Positions 51,701-64,000 of a stretch of DNA of 64,000 nucleotides are shown one piece after another. Every line of letters begins with the position of its first letter. Position 1 is the first letter of the stretch. The notes under the pieces were generated by a model. That model did no database searches. It had not been told where the DNA came from and saw only the letters and a program-made list of their open reading frames with translations. Source of the stretch: the human T2T-CHM13v2.0 reference genome, Homo sapiens; NCBI RefSeq assembly GCF_009914755.1, contig NC_060930.1; one strand, 5' to 3'. Both the position numbers and the translations under genes were made by a program.

Positions 51701-54700
51701 AGTGTGTAGAGTGAAATTTATAGCACTAAATGCCCACAAGAGAAAGCAAGAAAGATCTAAAATCGACACCCTAACATCACAATTAAAAGAACTAGAGAAG
51801 CAAGAGCAAACACATTCAAAAGCTGGCAGAAGGCAAGAAATAACTAAGATCAGAGCAGAACTGAAGGAGATAAGAGACACAAAAAACCCTTCAAAAATCA
51901 ATGAATCCAGGAGCCGGTTTTTTGAAAAGATCAACAAAATTGATAGACCACTAGCAAGACTAATAAAGAAGAAAAGAGAGAAGAATCAAATAGATGCAAT
52001 AAAAAATGATAAAGGGGATATCACCTCCAATCCCACAGAAATACAAACTACAATCAGAGAATACTATAAACACCTCTACGCAAATAAACTAGAAAATCTA
52101 GAAGAAATGGATAAATTCCTGGACACATACACCCTCCCAAGACTAAACCAGGAAGAAGTTGAATCTCTGAATAGACTAATAACAGGCTCTAAAATTGAGG
52201 CAATAATTAATAGCGTACCAATCAAAAAAATTCCAGGACCAGATGGATTCACAGCAGAATTCTACCAGAGGTACAAAGAGGAGCTGGTACCATTCCTTCT
52301 GAAACTATTGCAATGAATAGAAAAAGAGGGAATACTCCCTAACTCATTTTATGAGGCCAGCATCATCCTGATATCAAAGTCTGGCAGAGACACAACAAAA
52401 AAAGAGAATTTTAGACCAATATCCCTGATGAATATCGATGCAAAAATCCTCAATAAAATACTGGAAAACCAAATCCAGCAGTCCATCAAAAAGCTTATCC
52501 ACGACGATCAAGTCGGCCTCATCCCTGGGATGCAAGGCTGGTTCAATATACGGAAATCAATAAATGTAATCCAGCACATAAAGAGAACCAACGACAAAAA
52601 CCACATGATTATCTGAACAGATGCAGAAAAGGCCTTTGACAAAATTCAACAGCCCTTCATGCTAAAAACTCTCAATAAACTAGGTATTGATGGAATGTAT
52701 TTCAAAATAATAAGAGCTATTTATGACAGACCCACAGCCAATATCATACTGAATGGGCAAAACCTGGAAGCATTCCCTTTGAAAACTGGAACAAGACAAG
52801 AATGCCCTCTCTCATCACTCCTATTCAACATAGTGTTGGAAGTTCTGGCCAGGGCAATCAGGCAAGAGAAAGAAATAAAGAGTATTCAACTAGGAACAGA
52901 AGAAGTCAAATTGTCCCTGTTTGCAGATGACATGATTGTATATTTAGAAAACCCCATCGTCTCAGCCCCAAATCTCCTTAAGCTGATAGGCAACTTCAGC
53001 AAAGTCTCAGGATACAAAATCAATGTGCAAAAATCACAAGCATTCCTATACATCAAGAACAGACAAACAGAGAGCCAAATCATGAGTGAACTCCCCTTCA
53101 CAATTACTACCAAGAGAATAAAATACCTACAAATCCAACTTACAAAGGATGTGAAGGATCACTTCAAGGAGAACTACAAACCACTGCTCAACAAAATAAA
53201 AGAGGACACAAATGGAAGAACATTCCATGCTCATGGGCAGGAAGAATCAATATCATGAAAATGGCCATACTGCCCAAGGTAATTTATAGAGTCATTGCAT
53301 CCCCATCAAGCTACCACTGACTTTCTTCACAGAATTGGAAAAAACTACTTTAAAGTTCATATGGAACCAAAAAAGAGCCCACATAGCCATGACAATGCTA
53401 AGCCAAAATAACAAAGCTGGAGGCCTCACACTACCTGACTTCAAACTGTAATATATGGCTACAGTAACCAAAACAGCATGGTACTGGTACCCAAACAGGT
53501 GTATAGACCAATGGAACAGAACCGAGGCCTCAGAAATAACACCACATATCTACAACCATCTGATCTTTGACAAACCTGACAAAAACAAGAAATGGGGAAA
53601 GGATTCCCTACTTAATAAATGGTGCTGGGAAAACTGGCTAGCCATATGTAGAAAGCTGAACTGGATCCCTTCCTTACACCTTAAACAAAAATTAATTCAA
53701 GATGGATTAAAGATTTCAATGTTAGACCGCAAAAACCCTAGAAGAAAACCTAGGAAATACCATTCAGGACATGGGCATGGGCAAGGACTTCATGATTAAA
53801 ACACCAAAAGCAATGGCAACAATAGTCAAAATTGACAAATGGGATCTAATTAAACTAAAAAGCTTCTGCATGGCAAAAGAAACTACTATCAGCGTGAACA
53901 GGCAACCTACAGAATGGGAGAAAATTCTTGCAATCTATCCATCTGACAAAGGGCTAATATCCAGAATCTACAAAGAACTCAAACAAATTTACAAGAAAAA
54001 AACAAATAACCTCATCAAAAAGTGGGTAAAGGATATGAACAGACACTACTCAGAAGAAGACATTCATGCAGCCTACAGACACATGAAAAAATGCTCATGA
54101 TTACTGGTCATCAGAGAAATGCAAATCAAAACCACAATGAGATACCATCTCATGGCGGTTAGAATGGCGATCATTAAAAAGTCAGGAAACAACAGATGCT
54201 GGAGAGGATGTGGAGAAATAGGAACGCTTTTACACCGTTGGTGGGAGTATAAATTAGTTCAACCATTGAAGAAGACAGTGTGGCAATTCCTCAAGGTTCT
54301 AGAACCAGAAATACCATTTGACCCAGCAATCCCATTACTGGGCATATACACAAAGGATTATAAATAATTCTACTATAAAGACACAAGCACACGTATGTTT
54401 ACTGTGGCAATATTCACAATAGCAAAGACTTGGAATCAACCAAAATGTCCATCAATGATAGACTGGATTAAGAAAATGTGACACATATACACCATGGAAT
54501 ACTATGCAGCCATAAAAAAGGATGAGTTCATGTCCTTTGCAGGGACATGGATGAAGCTGGAAACCATAATTCTCAGCAAAATAGCACAAGAACAGACAGC
54601 CAAACATCATATGTTCTCACTCATAGGTGGGATTTGAACAATGAGAACACTTGGGCACAGGGTGGGAAACATCACACACCAGGTCCTGTCAAGGGGTGGA

Positions 54701-54849
54701 GGCTGGGGGAGGGATAGCATTAAGAGAAATACCTAATGTAAACGACGAGTTGATGGCTGCAGCAAACCAACATGGTACATGTATACCTGTGTAACAAAGC
54801 TGCACGCTGTCCACATGTACCCTAGAACTTACAGTATAATTTAAAAAAT
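48721..54849 (+). mobile_element. LINE-1 'D', full-length L1PA6/7-like; inactive
   Basis: 5' UTR, ORF1 49739-50764, ORF2 ~50828-54637, all disrupted; near-TSD AATAAGGATATG (48709-48720) / AATAAGGATGTG (54850-54861). Confidence 0.95.
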
Positions 54850-55327
54850 AATAAGGATGTGATTAGGGTAAATTTTTCAACTACCAATAAAGAGTAGGAA
54901 GTAAAAGTTTCCTGTTGTCTTACTCTTATTCTACCTCCCCTAGCCCGCAGTACCACCTCTCTATAATAATCACTATTAATGGTGTCTTTGAACTGTGTCT
55001 AAGAATGCATCTTCCGCCTACTACAACCTATCTTTGCAGCAGGTCAGAGCAGCAAAGAACCATAAATGTGAACTGCATTTATGCACTCTTCCGATATTTG
55101 TTCTGGCCACCCTGCCCTTTGCCCTGATGCAATCAGCCTCCTCATAGAGTCATTATAAGGTGAGACCCAGGAAACCAAGACCATGTTGTTGTACAAATAT
55201 TGTTGAGAACCTTGTTCATTATTTCACGGTGTTTTCTCAATGAAAACCTATAAGAGAAATTTGTCTGTAGTCTCTCAGAACTGGGAATGGCTGAGCATCT
55301 CCAGATTTGTTTTTCTCTTAGGGACTA

Positions 55328-56025
55328 TCGCAGTTGCTATGGTTACATAATATAATAAATTATCTTAAAACTTAGTGCATAAAATGATTATTTATTTTGC
55401 TCATTACTTGTGCGGGCCAGGAATTCCAACAGGAAACTGTGGGGTGGCCTGTCCCAGCTCCACAATATCTGGTGTCTCTACTGGAAGATTCAAAGGCTGG
55501 AGGAAGGAATCTTCAATATTTTCATTCCCTCATGTGTCTGATGCTGGCTTTGGCTGAGCCCTTATCTGGAGCTGTCAGCTGGAACACTCACATGTGGCTT
55601 CTCCATGTGTTCTGGGATCTTCATACGTGGTGGCTGGATTCCAAGCATGAGCACCTCCAGAGAGGAGAGGAGGGGAGCGGAGGGGAGGGAAGGGGAGGGG
55701 AGGGAATTAGAAGCTGTATCATCTTTTATGGCCTGGCTGTGGAGGAGAGGAGAGGAGAGAAGGGGAGGGGAGGGGAGGGGAGGGGAGGGGAAGGGAGAGG
55801 AGGGGAACTAATTAGAAGCTGTATCATCTTTTATGGCCTGGCTGTGGATATCACATAGCATCACTTCTATTGCTTTCTACTTGTCGAGGCAGCCCAAGTC
55901 ATTTCCTAGGTTCAAGAGGAAGGGAAATAGATTCTACCTCTTGAATGGGAGTAGCAAGATTCTGGAGAAGCATGAGGGACTGAAAATATTGGTGTGTCCA
56001 TTTTTGGGAAATATGATTGGCCACA
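55328..56025 (-). mobile_element. Old MLT1-family LTR with internal purine-rich duplication
   Basis: aaaacttagtg...ggccaggaattc...ggagctgtcagctggaacactcacatgtggc...ttcaagagga. Confidence 0.65.
55660..55848. repeat. Two (GGAGG/GGGGA)n tracts, each followed by an identical 39-bp unit
   Basis: AATTAGAAGCTGTATCATCTTTTATGGCCTGGCTGTGGA at 55705-55743 and 55810-55848. Confidence 0.92.
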
Positions 56026-57403
56026 GGACTCTCTGACACATCATCCACTCTGTATACTAACTACTTGGAAGCACTACAGACAAATGTATGGCATGCTCAA
56101 GTGACAGTATGAGACTTCATGCCATGTATTGCGTACACAAACCTCACTCAGGCTTCATATTGCTTTCCTTTCTTTATTTTCTCTGCTTCATTTTCCTCAT
56201 CAATTTTTACTTTATCTTGCAATATTTTATGCATCTTTCAAAATCACTATAAATAATTTTCAGGAAAAATTCAGATATAAACGAACAAAAATGGAACCAC
56301 AGAAAAAAATTTTCTGCGTACCAAATTAATTTCAACAACAAGAACAAAACATGACATTCAGGAATGAAATCTCTACAAATACTCTCCGATATTCAAATCT
56401 TAATCTTGTCCAAATTTATGTTCATTTAGAATGGAAACCAGAAGAGTAATTCATCTTTTCAAGTCAATTTTTTGATCCCTACAATGACATAGTTTTGATC
56501 TATCATACTGGAAAATATATTACATAAGTTAATTCACTTCATAATTATGTAATTTGGAAATATGAATGAATCTCAAATATTTCCACTATACTTATTTCAT
56601 CTATGTAAAATGTTCTGTATTGGGCCATTTAAAAATAATATACCTTTTTTCTGAAGAAATAGGCAAGAATTTATTAAGATTCTTGGCTTAACTTTTTACA
56701 AAAAAGATAATATTATTTAATTTTTCAGTGAAACAATTTTGTAGTCTTCCAGTCTTTTTCACTAAAGATGAGATATTATATAATTCTTTGATGGAATAAT
56801 TAACATTTTATTTGACACATCTATATTAGGGATTCCTTATCTATGAAGAGCCATGAGTTTTATTATATATGCCATCTACCTTATCAGATTTATTATAATC
56901 AAATTTCATTTTGCTTTATTTGTTTACTGCAGTACTTCTGGACTGCAAAACCAATTTAGTCCTCTGTATATAAATTGATTATTTCATGAAAAACTAGCTA
57001 CTATAACTATTAAGTGCAAATAATACACACTGCAATTGCCAATTTAACCACACGTAAATGAAGGAGCTAAAATGTCATTGTTCTGTAAAAGGGATTAATT
57101 TAACAGCTTTGTGATTTTTTTCTGAGGGACATTCACCGAGGTAACTAAAAATTCACAGAAACAAAATTCTGCAATTGATAAGTTAATGTTCTTTAAAACG
57201 ATGAACATATATATGTGAAACACTGAGTCTTTCGTGGCCTTACTATAAGACTTACAATTAATTATTTAAGACTTTACTGATATTTTTGGGTAAGTTTTAA
57301 GACCATTGGTTAAGTCTTTTACAAACAAAGTTAGTTAGAATGGCAATCACATGATTATCTAATAAACATCATGATGTATTACGTCACTGTTCTCTTGACA
57401 AAC

Positions 57404-57815
57404 TGCTACAATTTGAATGTTTGTGTACCTCCAAAATTCATGTTGAAACTTAATAATCCCCATTGTGGTGATATTCAGATGTGGGGACTTTTGGGAAGTG
57501 GTTAAGTCAAGAGAGCTCCAATCTCATGAATTGGATCAAAGACCTGATAAAAGAGGCTTAAGAGAACATCTGGCTCCTCCATCTTTTCTGCCATGTGAGG
57601 ACGCAGAGTTCATCCCTTTTTGCCTTCTTCCTCCATGTGAGGATGCAGCAAAAAGCTGCCATCTTGGAAGCAGAGAGCAGTCCTCACCAGACTCCAAATC
57701 TGCCTGTGCCTTGCTCTTGGACTTCCTAGCCTCCAGAACTGTGAGAAATACATTTTTGTTCTTTATAAATTACTTAGTCTCAGAATTATTATAGCAGCAC
57801 AAATAGACTAAGACA
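57404..57815 (+). mobile_element. MSTD/MLT1A-like MaLR solo LTR
   Basis: tgctacaatttgaatgtttgtg...ccagaactgtgagaaatacattt...gactaagaca. Confidence 0.82.
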
Positions 57816-58109
57816 CACACCTTTCATTTTCCTCCCTTGTTAAGAGTTTGCTTCTGCTGCCTTGAAATGGCTTCCTCCATCTCCACCCTGGCCCCACTGT
57901 TGGAGTCCTACCCAAATTTCAACATCGAGAACTGACACCAACAATTGCAAAATCCTTTCTACTTTCTCCAAGGTGGAATCTCTCCTTAACTTTGCACTTT
58001 GCTGATAGTATTCATTAGCATATCTTGCCTTAGCATTTTATATGTATTTCTCATTTTGCTACAACCTACTTCCAACTTTCTCCTATTCTATGAGGTCTTG
58101 GTGGGAAGA

Positions 58110-58623
58110 GTTAGAGAAAAAAAATATTCATACCACTCGTTAAAGATGTTGAGGCTGACTTTATTCAAGTGGCAGATTTTATTCACTTTATTTAGTGATC
58201 CCTATACCACCAGGTATAGGGACCACTGCAATGGGGTCTTGCAGTGGGAGAGAAAGGTTGGACTGAATTCTGAATACAGCATGGGCAAGTGAGAATTTAT
58301 AGTCAAGGAGCAGGGTGGGGGTCAATGGATGGAAAATTAATAAAAGGATATATCAGGGGTAGAAGGGATTCTGGCTAAACTGACCTAACAGGATTCTTGA
58401 TGAAGACAGACCAGGGTAATCAGATATCACCCAGGGAATGATGGAGGATGAAGAATCCAATCAAATATCAAAGATGATCAGATATTTAGCATGGAGGGTT
58501 TTTGATAAACTGACTTAGGAGGGTTCTTTGCCAGAACTAAATTTTATAAGGAAGTGCACAGATGGGCCTAGGAGAAGGTTCAGAAACCTGGCTAAAGCTT
58601 GGTCAAACAAAGAATCTTTGTTA
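58110..58623 (-). mobile_element. ERV1 solo LTR (MER67-like)
   Basis: gaatacagcatgggcaagt...ctggctaaactgacctaacaggattcttg...tggtcaaacaaagaatctttgt. Confidence 0.65.
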
Positions 58624-59606
58624 GAAGTGCCATATCTTGTGCATTTTTGCCTTCCCCACAGTGCCTAGGATAGGGATATGCACATAGAAGGTGCTAAAAA
58701 ACGTTAACTGAATTGAATTATATAAACCAAGTGTGAGTATGAAGCTGACTTAATATGTAACCCAGACCATTATGAGATGATAATTATTATATTCTGTGGG
58801 ACCACTCTGACTTGCTGGATATGTGTATGTGATGTTGGCTCTAATTTGTAAATGTTTTTCTTTCTTCCGTCATATTGAACTGAATTGGCTCCATTATAGT
58901 GTAATATCTCATATCTCAATAGCAATTCCTCTCCCCTCCCTTACAATATGGAGAAAAGCAAAAATTGACTCAGTATAACCAGATATGTTTGACAGGCACA
59001 CTTCAACCTAGAGAGAATAAATACTTCACAATATTCTCCCATCTAACATAATTCATATTCTTCTTCAATTTTCTAAACAAATTACCATGGATTTTACTTC
59101 AACTGAAAAGAAAACTTATAATGGAAGCCATTTCACCATTATGTCAACCACAAAAATTCTCAAACCTGAACTAGACTCACACAATTTGTGGTCTAGCAGA
59201 ACTTAGATATTATATCTTAATTTCCTAACTGTTCAGAGGAGTAAACTGAGGCCTAGGGAGATTTAGAGGATTGTTCAAGGTCATCCTGCTCATTAATGGC
59301 AGAGGTTGTAGTAGAACTCAACTCTCCTACCTTCTATAGTAATTCTCATTCCATTGAATCTAGAATCTACCTTTTATTTCTGAAGTATAAATGATCCAAA
59401 CTGAAGTTTGAGTACAAATTTGATCACTGGCTTTTCACAAAGATTTCTGCTGTATGTCGATTCATGTGGTTTCTTTAGTGTCTTATCCTATTTATTCCAT
59501 TCTCCTTAAATGCCTAATTCAAAGATAGTATAACATGTGTTTTCATTTTCTTAGATGTGAAAGGTTTCCAAAATCTCCATGTTTCAGACATGGTAAAATG
59601 TATAAG

Positions 59607-59987
59607 TGTATTAGTCCATTTTCACACTGCTATAAAGAACTACCTGAGACCGGGTAATTTATGAAGAAAAGCATTTTAAGTGACTCACAGTTCTGCAGGG
59701 TATATAGGAAGCATGGCTGGGACACCTCAGGAAACTTATAACCATGGCGGAAGGCAAAGAGGAAGCAAGCATTTCTTCACATGGAGGAGCACGAGAGAGA
59801 GCCAAGGGGGAAGTGCCCCACACTTTTAAACAACTGGAACTAGTGAGAACTTCCTCATTATCACAAGAACAGCAAGGGGGAAATCCGCCCCCATGATCCA
59901 ATCACCTCCCAGCTGGCCCCTCCCCCAACACTGGAGATTACAATTCAACATGAGATTTGGGTGGGGACATGGAGCTAAACCATATCA
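59607..59987 (-). mobile_element. MSTA-like MaLR solo LTR
   Basis: tgtattagtccattttcacactgctataaagaactacctgagac...aaaccatatca. Confidence 0.88.
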
Positions 59988-60875
59988 AAAAGTAATAAGC
60001 TCTTTTTGAGTTTTACTTGCACTTGCCTTGAGACTTTGTCTCAACACGACACACACACACACAGACTGAGCCTAAGATCTTTTTCCTCTATTCTAAGCGA
60101 GGATCACAACACCTGCATCTTATGGAAGACCAATATCCATTATTCAGCCATCAACACTCTCTTTTTGGATATAGATGATCACAATTTGAGGGCAAATGCA
60201 GAAACCCTGCAGTAGCAAGTTTAGACTAGGTGAAGTACTCTCTTCAGTTCTGAATGTCTTCAGTTATGATTTACAAGATACCTGGTATATATTCCAAAGC
60301 CATTATATGACAGACAGCATTTAGGTTGCATTTTAAGCCTTATAACTGTCATATTTGTTTGTTATCTTTAAATGCTGTCATCTGGCCCACAGCAGTGATG
60401 AACTTAGGGAATGAATAAAGAAAGTGTTGTCCAAAGACTGCACTTCTGCTTTCAATGATTCCAGTTCTATTCCCCTTGTTCTCTGGCTTCTTTGACTACA
60501 TAAATTGCCTCCCTCCTATTGCGTTGCACCATTCAGGTTCGCAGGTGGATTTTAGACTGTCTGCCAGGATCTAACCTGTTGCTTTCTTAGGAAGCCCCTT
60601 CTGGTATCCATACCAGGGCCTTGCCCTGGCCTCCAGAGCCCCTGATCCTTTTTATCAGGTAAGGAAATCTAAATATTTATGATATTCTTAGTAAAACTAA
60701 AAATTAAGGAAGCTGGTTTACTTACATGGATATAATTTTTTAAAATTATTTTCACTTTGTGCTAGCTAGAATTCTGCTGGCTAGGTTTTTTTTGTGGGGG
60801 GAGGGTCATCTTTTTAGACTATATGGAAAATAGATAAAATATAATCTACAATGAGGATATTTTACAGTGACAGAC

Positions 60876-61557
<682 letters not shown>

Positions 61558-63816
61558 CAGACTAAGGGTCAATGGTATCTGGGGACAAAGTAATGTGATT
61601 ATGCCTCTTCCCCTTGCACTCTAGTGGGCCAAGACTAGTAGCTTTGTGGATCTGCACAGAATGGCTTCTGGAGACACTGCCCACTTCACTCTGCCTCTGG
61701 CATTTTATGATCTGTAAAGGTTGTTGGAAAATTGTTCAGTTTTCCTGTTGGGATTTTGAAAGCTGGTTTTAACTAATATTAGTAGGCTCTTACTCCCTTG
61801 AGCACAATGGCTCTTTTGGTTTTCTGTGAAATGAAGAATTACAGAGTAAATGCTTGGCAGCTAAAAGGATTAAAGACAAAAATAATAGTTTATACTAGCA
61901 AAAGTAAAGAATTCTATATCATGCCTTGTGTTAACCTCACTCCAGGTCTCAGCTTAACTTTCCTACACCTATTAATCTATGTCTCAGATTTCTAACCTAT
62001 TTTAAACTAATTCTATCTGGTTGTATTGCTTGAATTTTTTAAACAATCAAATTTTTTCTTGTACGAGGTAGGTTACACAAAAATACATTTCAGAAAGTAG
62101 CAATATAATAGATTTTGACATTTGAGAACCATATGAAGTATTTTAAAGAAGAAAGAAGCATATGGCAAAAGCTTGACTAATCTTAATTTGGTAAAGAGGC
62201 AATTCTGGATAAGCAAACTGTATGGTCAAGTCACAGTTAATCAGAAGACAATTATGGTTTAACTATTGTTAAGAATTTTCCAGAAGTTTATTGCTGCTGT
62301 TATACCCTAGTGAGTAGAATATACTGAATATACTTGATTTTTTTCTTAGGTGACTAAGGCTCTCACAATGGCTAAGGAATAACATTGTGAACATCAATTT
62401 GGATTGGACCATAAGTGGAGATATAAAGGGTTTTTAAGAGATGAGTCTAAATTTGCATTGACCCAGGACAGATTTTTAAGGTGATTAAAAAAATTAAATC
62501 TCTCAGTTTGGTTTTCAGTCATTCATTTTCCTCATAGAGGCTTATAGCAAACAAAATCCTCCTAATCACTTCCTCACAAAAAAATACAAATATTTTATTA
62601 AATATTTCTCCTTGGGGTCACTTTGCCTGATTTATTTAATTAATTAGTTTGATTGAGACATTATTATTTACAGCTTTGGGGCTGTGGCAGTACAATTAAG
62701 GATGAGATCATTATTTCCTAAAGTGGAAAGAAAACTTGGAACAATTCACTCATATTCAATTTGTGTTTGAAAGTTCAGTAAAATACTGTTTGGGAATTTT
62801 TAAATTAAGCAAATCAGATATTTTAAGAGAAATAATACATTACAATTGTGTGAAAGAGGATAGAAAAAGAATCTTGTTTGCCAATGTACAGGATAATTAG
62901 GGTGTAGTGAGAATATTTAGCCCCAAGTAAAGAAAGAAATTTCAACCAAATTACTGGATGGAGATAGAAAAGTCATGCCCCATCTATCTGGTGGTTGGAT
63001 ATCTGGCATTCTTAATGATTCCTTAGACAGCTACATACTCAAAATAAGAGGAGTCCTCTTTGGGTAGTGAGGAAATCCTGTAGGATGAAATTGGAACCTG
63101 CCTTAGGGTACACCTTGAATTATGTAAAACTTGATTTAACAAGTTTGCTTATTTGGTTTCTCTGGTGATCTTTGGTACTTCCTAGGTTTCAGAAGGCAGG
63201 GAATTAGATGTAATGAGGGAGAAATAGAGATAGAGATAGAGTAGAGATAGAGAGAGACTGATGGACATGAATGCATGTGTTGTGTTGAGTGTGCGCTCAT
63301 AAGTGTGGGCAGGTGAGGAGGGTGTGCTATTGGGAGGTTTCACTGAGAAGCCAATATATTGGGAAACGACAGCCTTTGGAATACAGAAAATTGCAAAATC
63401 CTCAATTACATAAATATAGGCACCTAGGAAAATTTATTTACATATTTTATTAGCACTGAAGGTCATTACTGAGAATCAAAATACAATATACCAAAACCAA
63501 TGTCTATAATGATAACATACGACACTAAGTAAAAGTTAAATGATCATACTCCTTTTAAAAAGTCAGAGAAATACATTTTAGACAGATTTGTTTGCAGAAT
63601 AAGGGTGTCTGTATGTGCCTAACTTTTATCACCTTAGGTACAATCTTTGTTTTCCTGAAATTTTATTTGCTCCACTATGACATTCCTAATGATAATAAAT
63701 ACACAGGATTTATGTATTTGCCAAGATAAATGGTACATATTTTGTAGGGGTATTATTTTTTCCTGCCTTTATGGAAAAGATAAGTAGACTACATCTAAGG
63801 CAAAGTCTTTAAAAAG

Positions 63817-63850
63817 AATGTTTACTATTGTTTAATGTTTACTATTGTTT
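63817..63850. repeat. 17-bp tandem duplication AATGTTTACTATTGTTT x2
   Basis: Directly visible. Confidence 0.85.
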
Positions 63851-64000
63851 TAATATTTAAGGAAGAAAAAAATGTATGAAAAAATATGCCTTAGCATTCT
63901 ATAAATTCTAGTTAACTACCTTTGAATATGTCTGTGTTTGCAACAAATCATATCCAACCATGCAAAAAGCTTTTTTGCTCAGCTTCCCTCCAAAAGGAGT

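Overview
Primate (by all appearance human) genomic DNA. It contains the CpG-island promoter and first coding exon of B3GAT2 (GlcAT-S, GT43 glucuronosyltransferase of HNK-1 synthesis) on the minus strand: ATG at 30976, phase-0 GT donor after 30386. Bases 1-30385 are intron 1, dominated by three same-orientation primate L1s antisense to the gene. Bases ~32000-64000 are upstream DNA with a fourth full-length L1, MaLR/ERV solo LTRs, Alus, MIR/L2 and MER DNA transposons. No RNA genes, CRISPR arrays or prokaryote-type systems are seen. Most unusual signals: (1) two separately inserted L1PA3-like copies ~10.3 kb apart share many private mutations, including a nonsense codon and a 5-bp frameshift, and an older neighbouring L1 shares patches of them, suggesting local L1-to-L1 gene conversion; (2) a ~60-bp 3' transduction with its own AATAAA and A-tail after the full-length L1; (3) a nested L1-in-L1 beside an equally sized ORF2 deletion; (4) a template-switch 17-bp hairpin; (5) an RE1/REST-like site overlapping a uORF in the B3GAT2 leader; (6) a short displaced copy of an MLT2 LTR junction. 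Repeat subfamily names come from recalled consensus sequences, not a database search.
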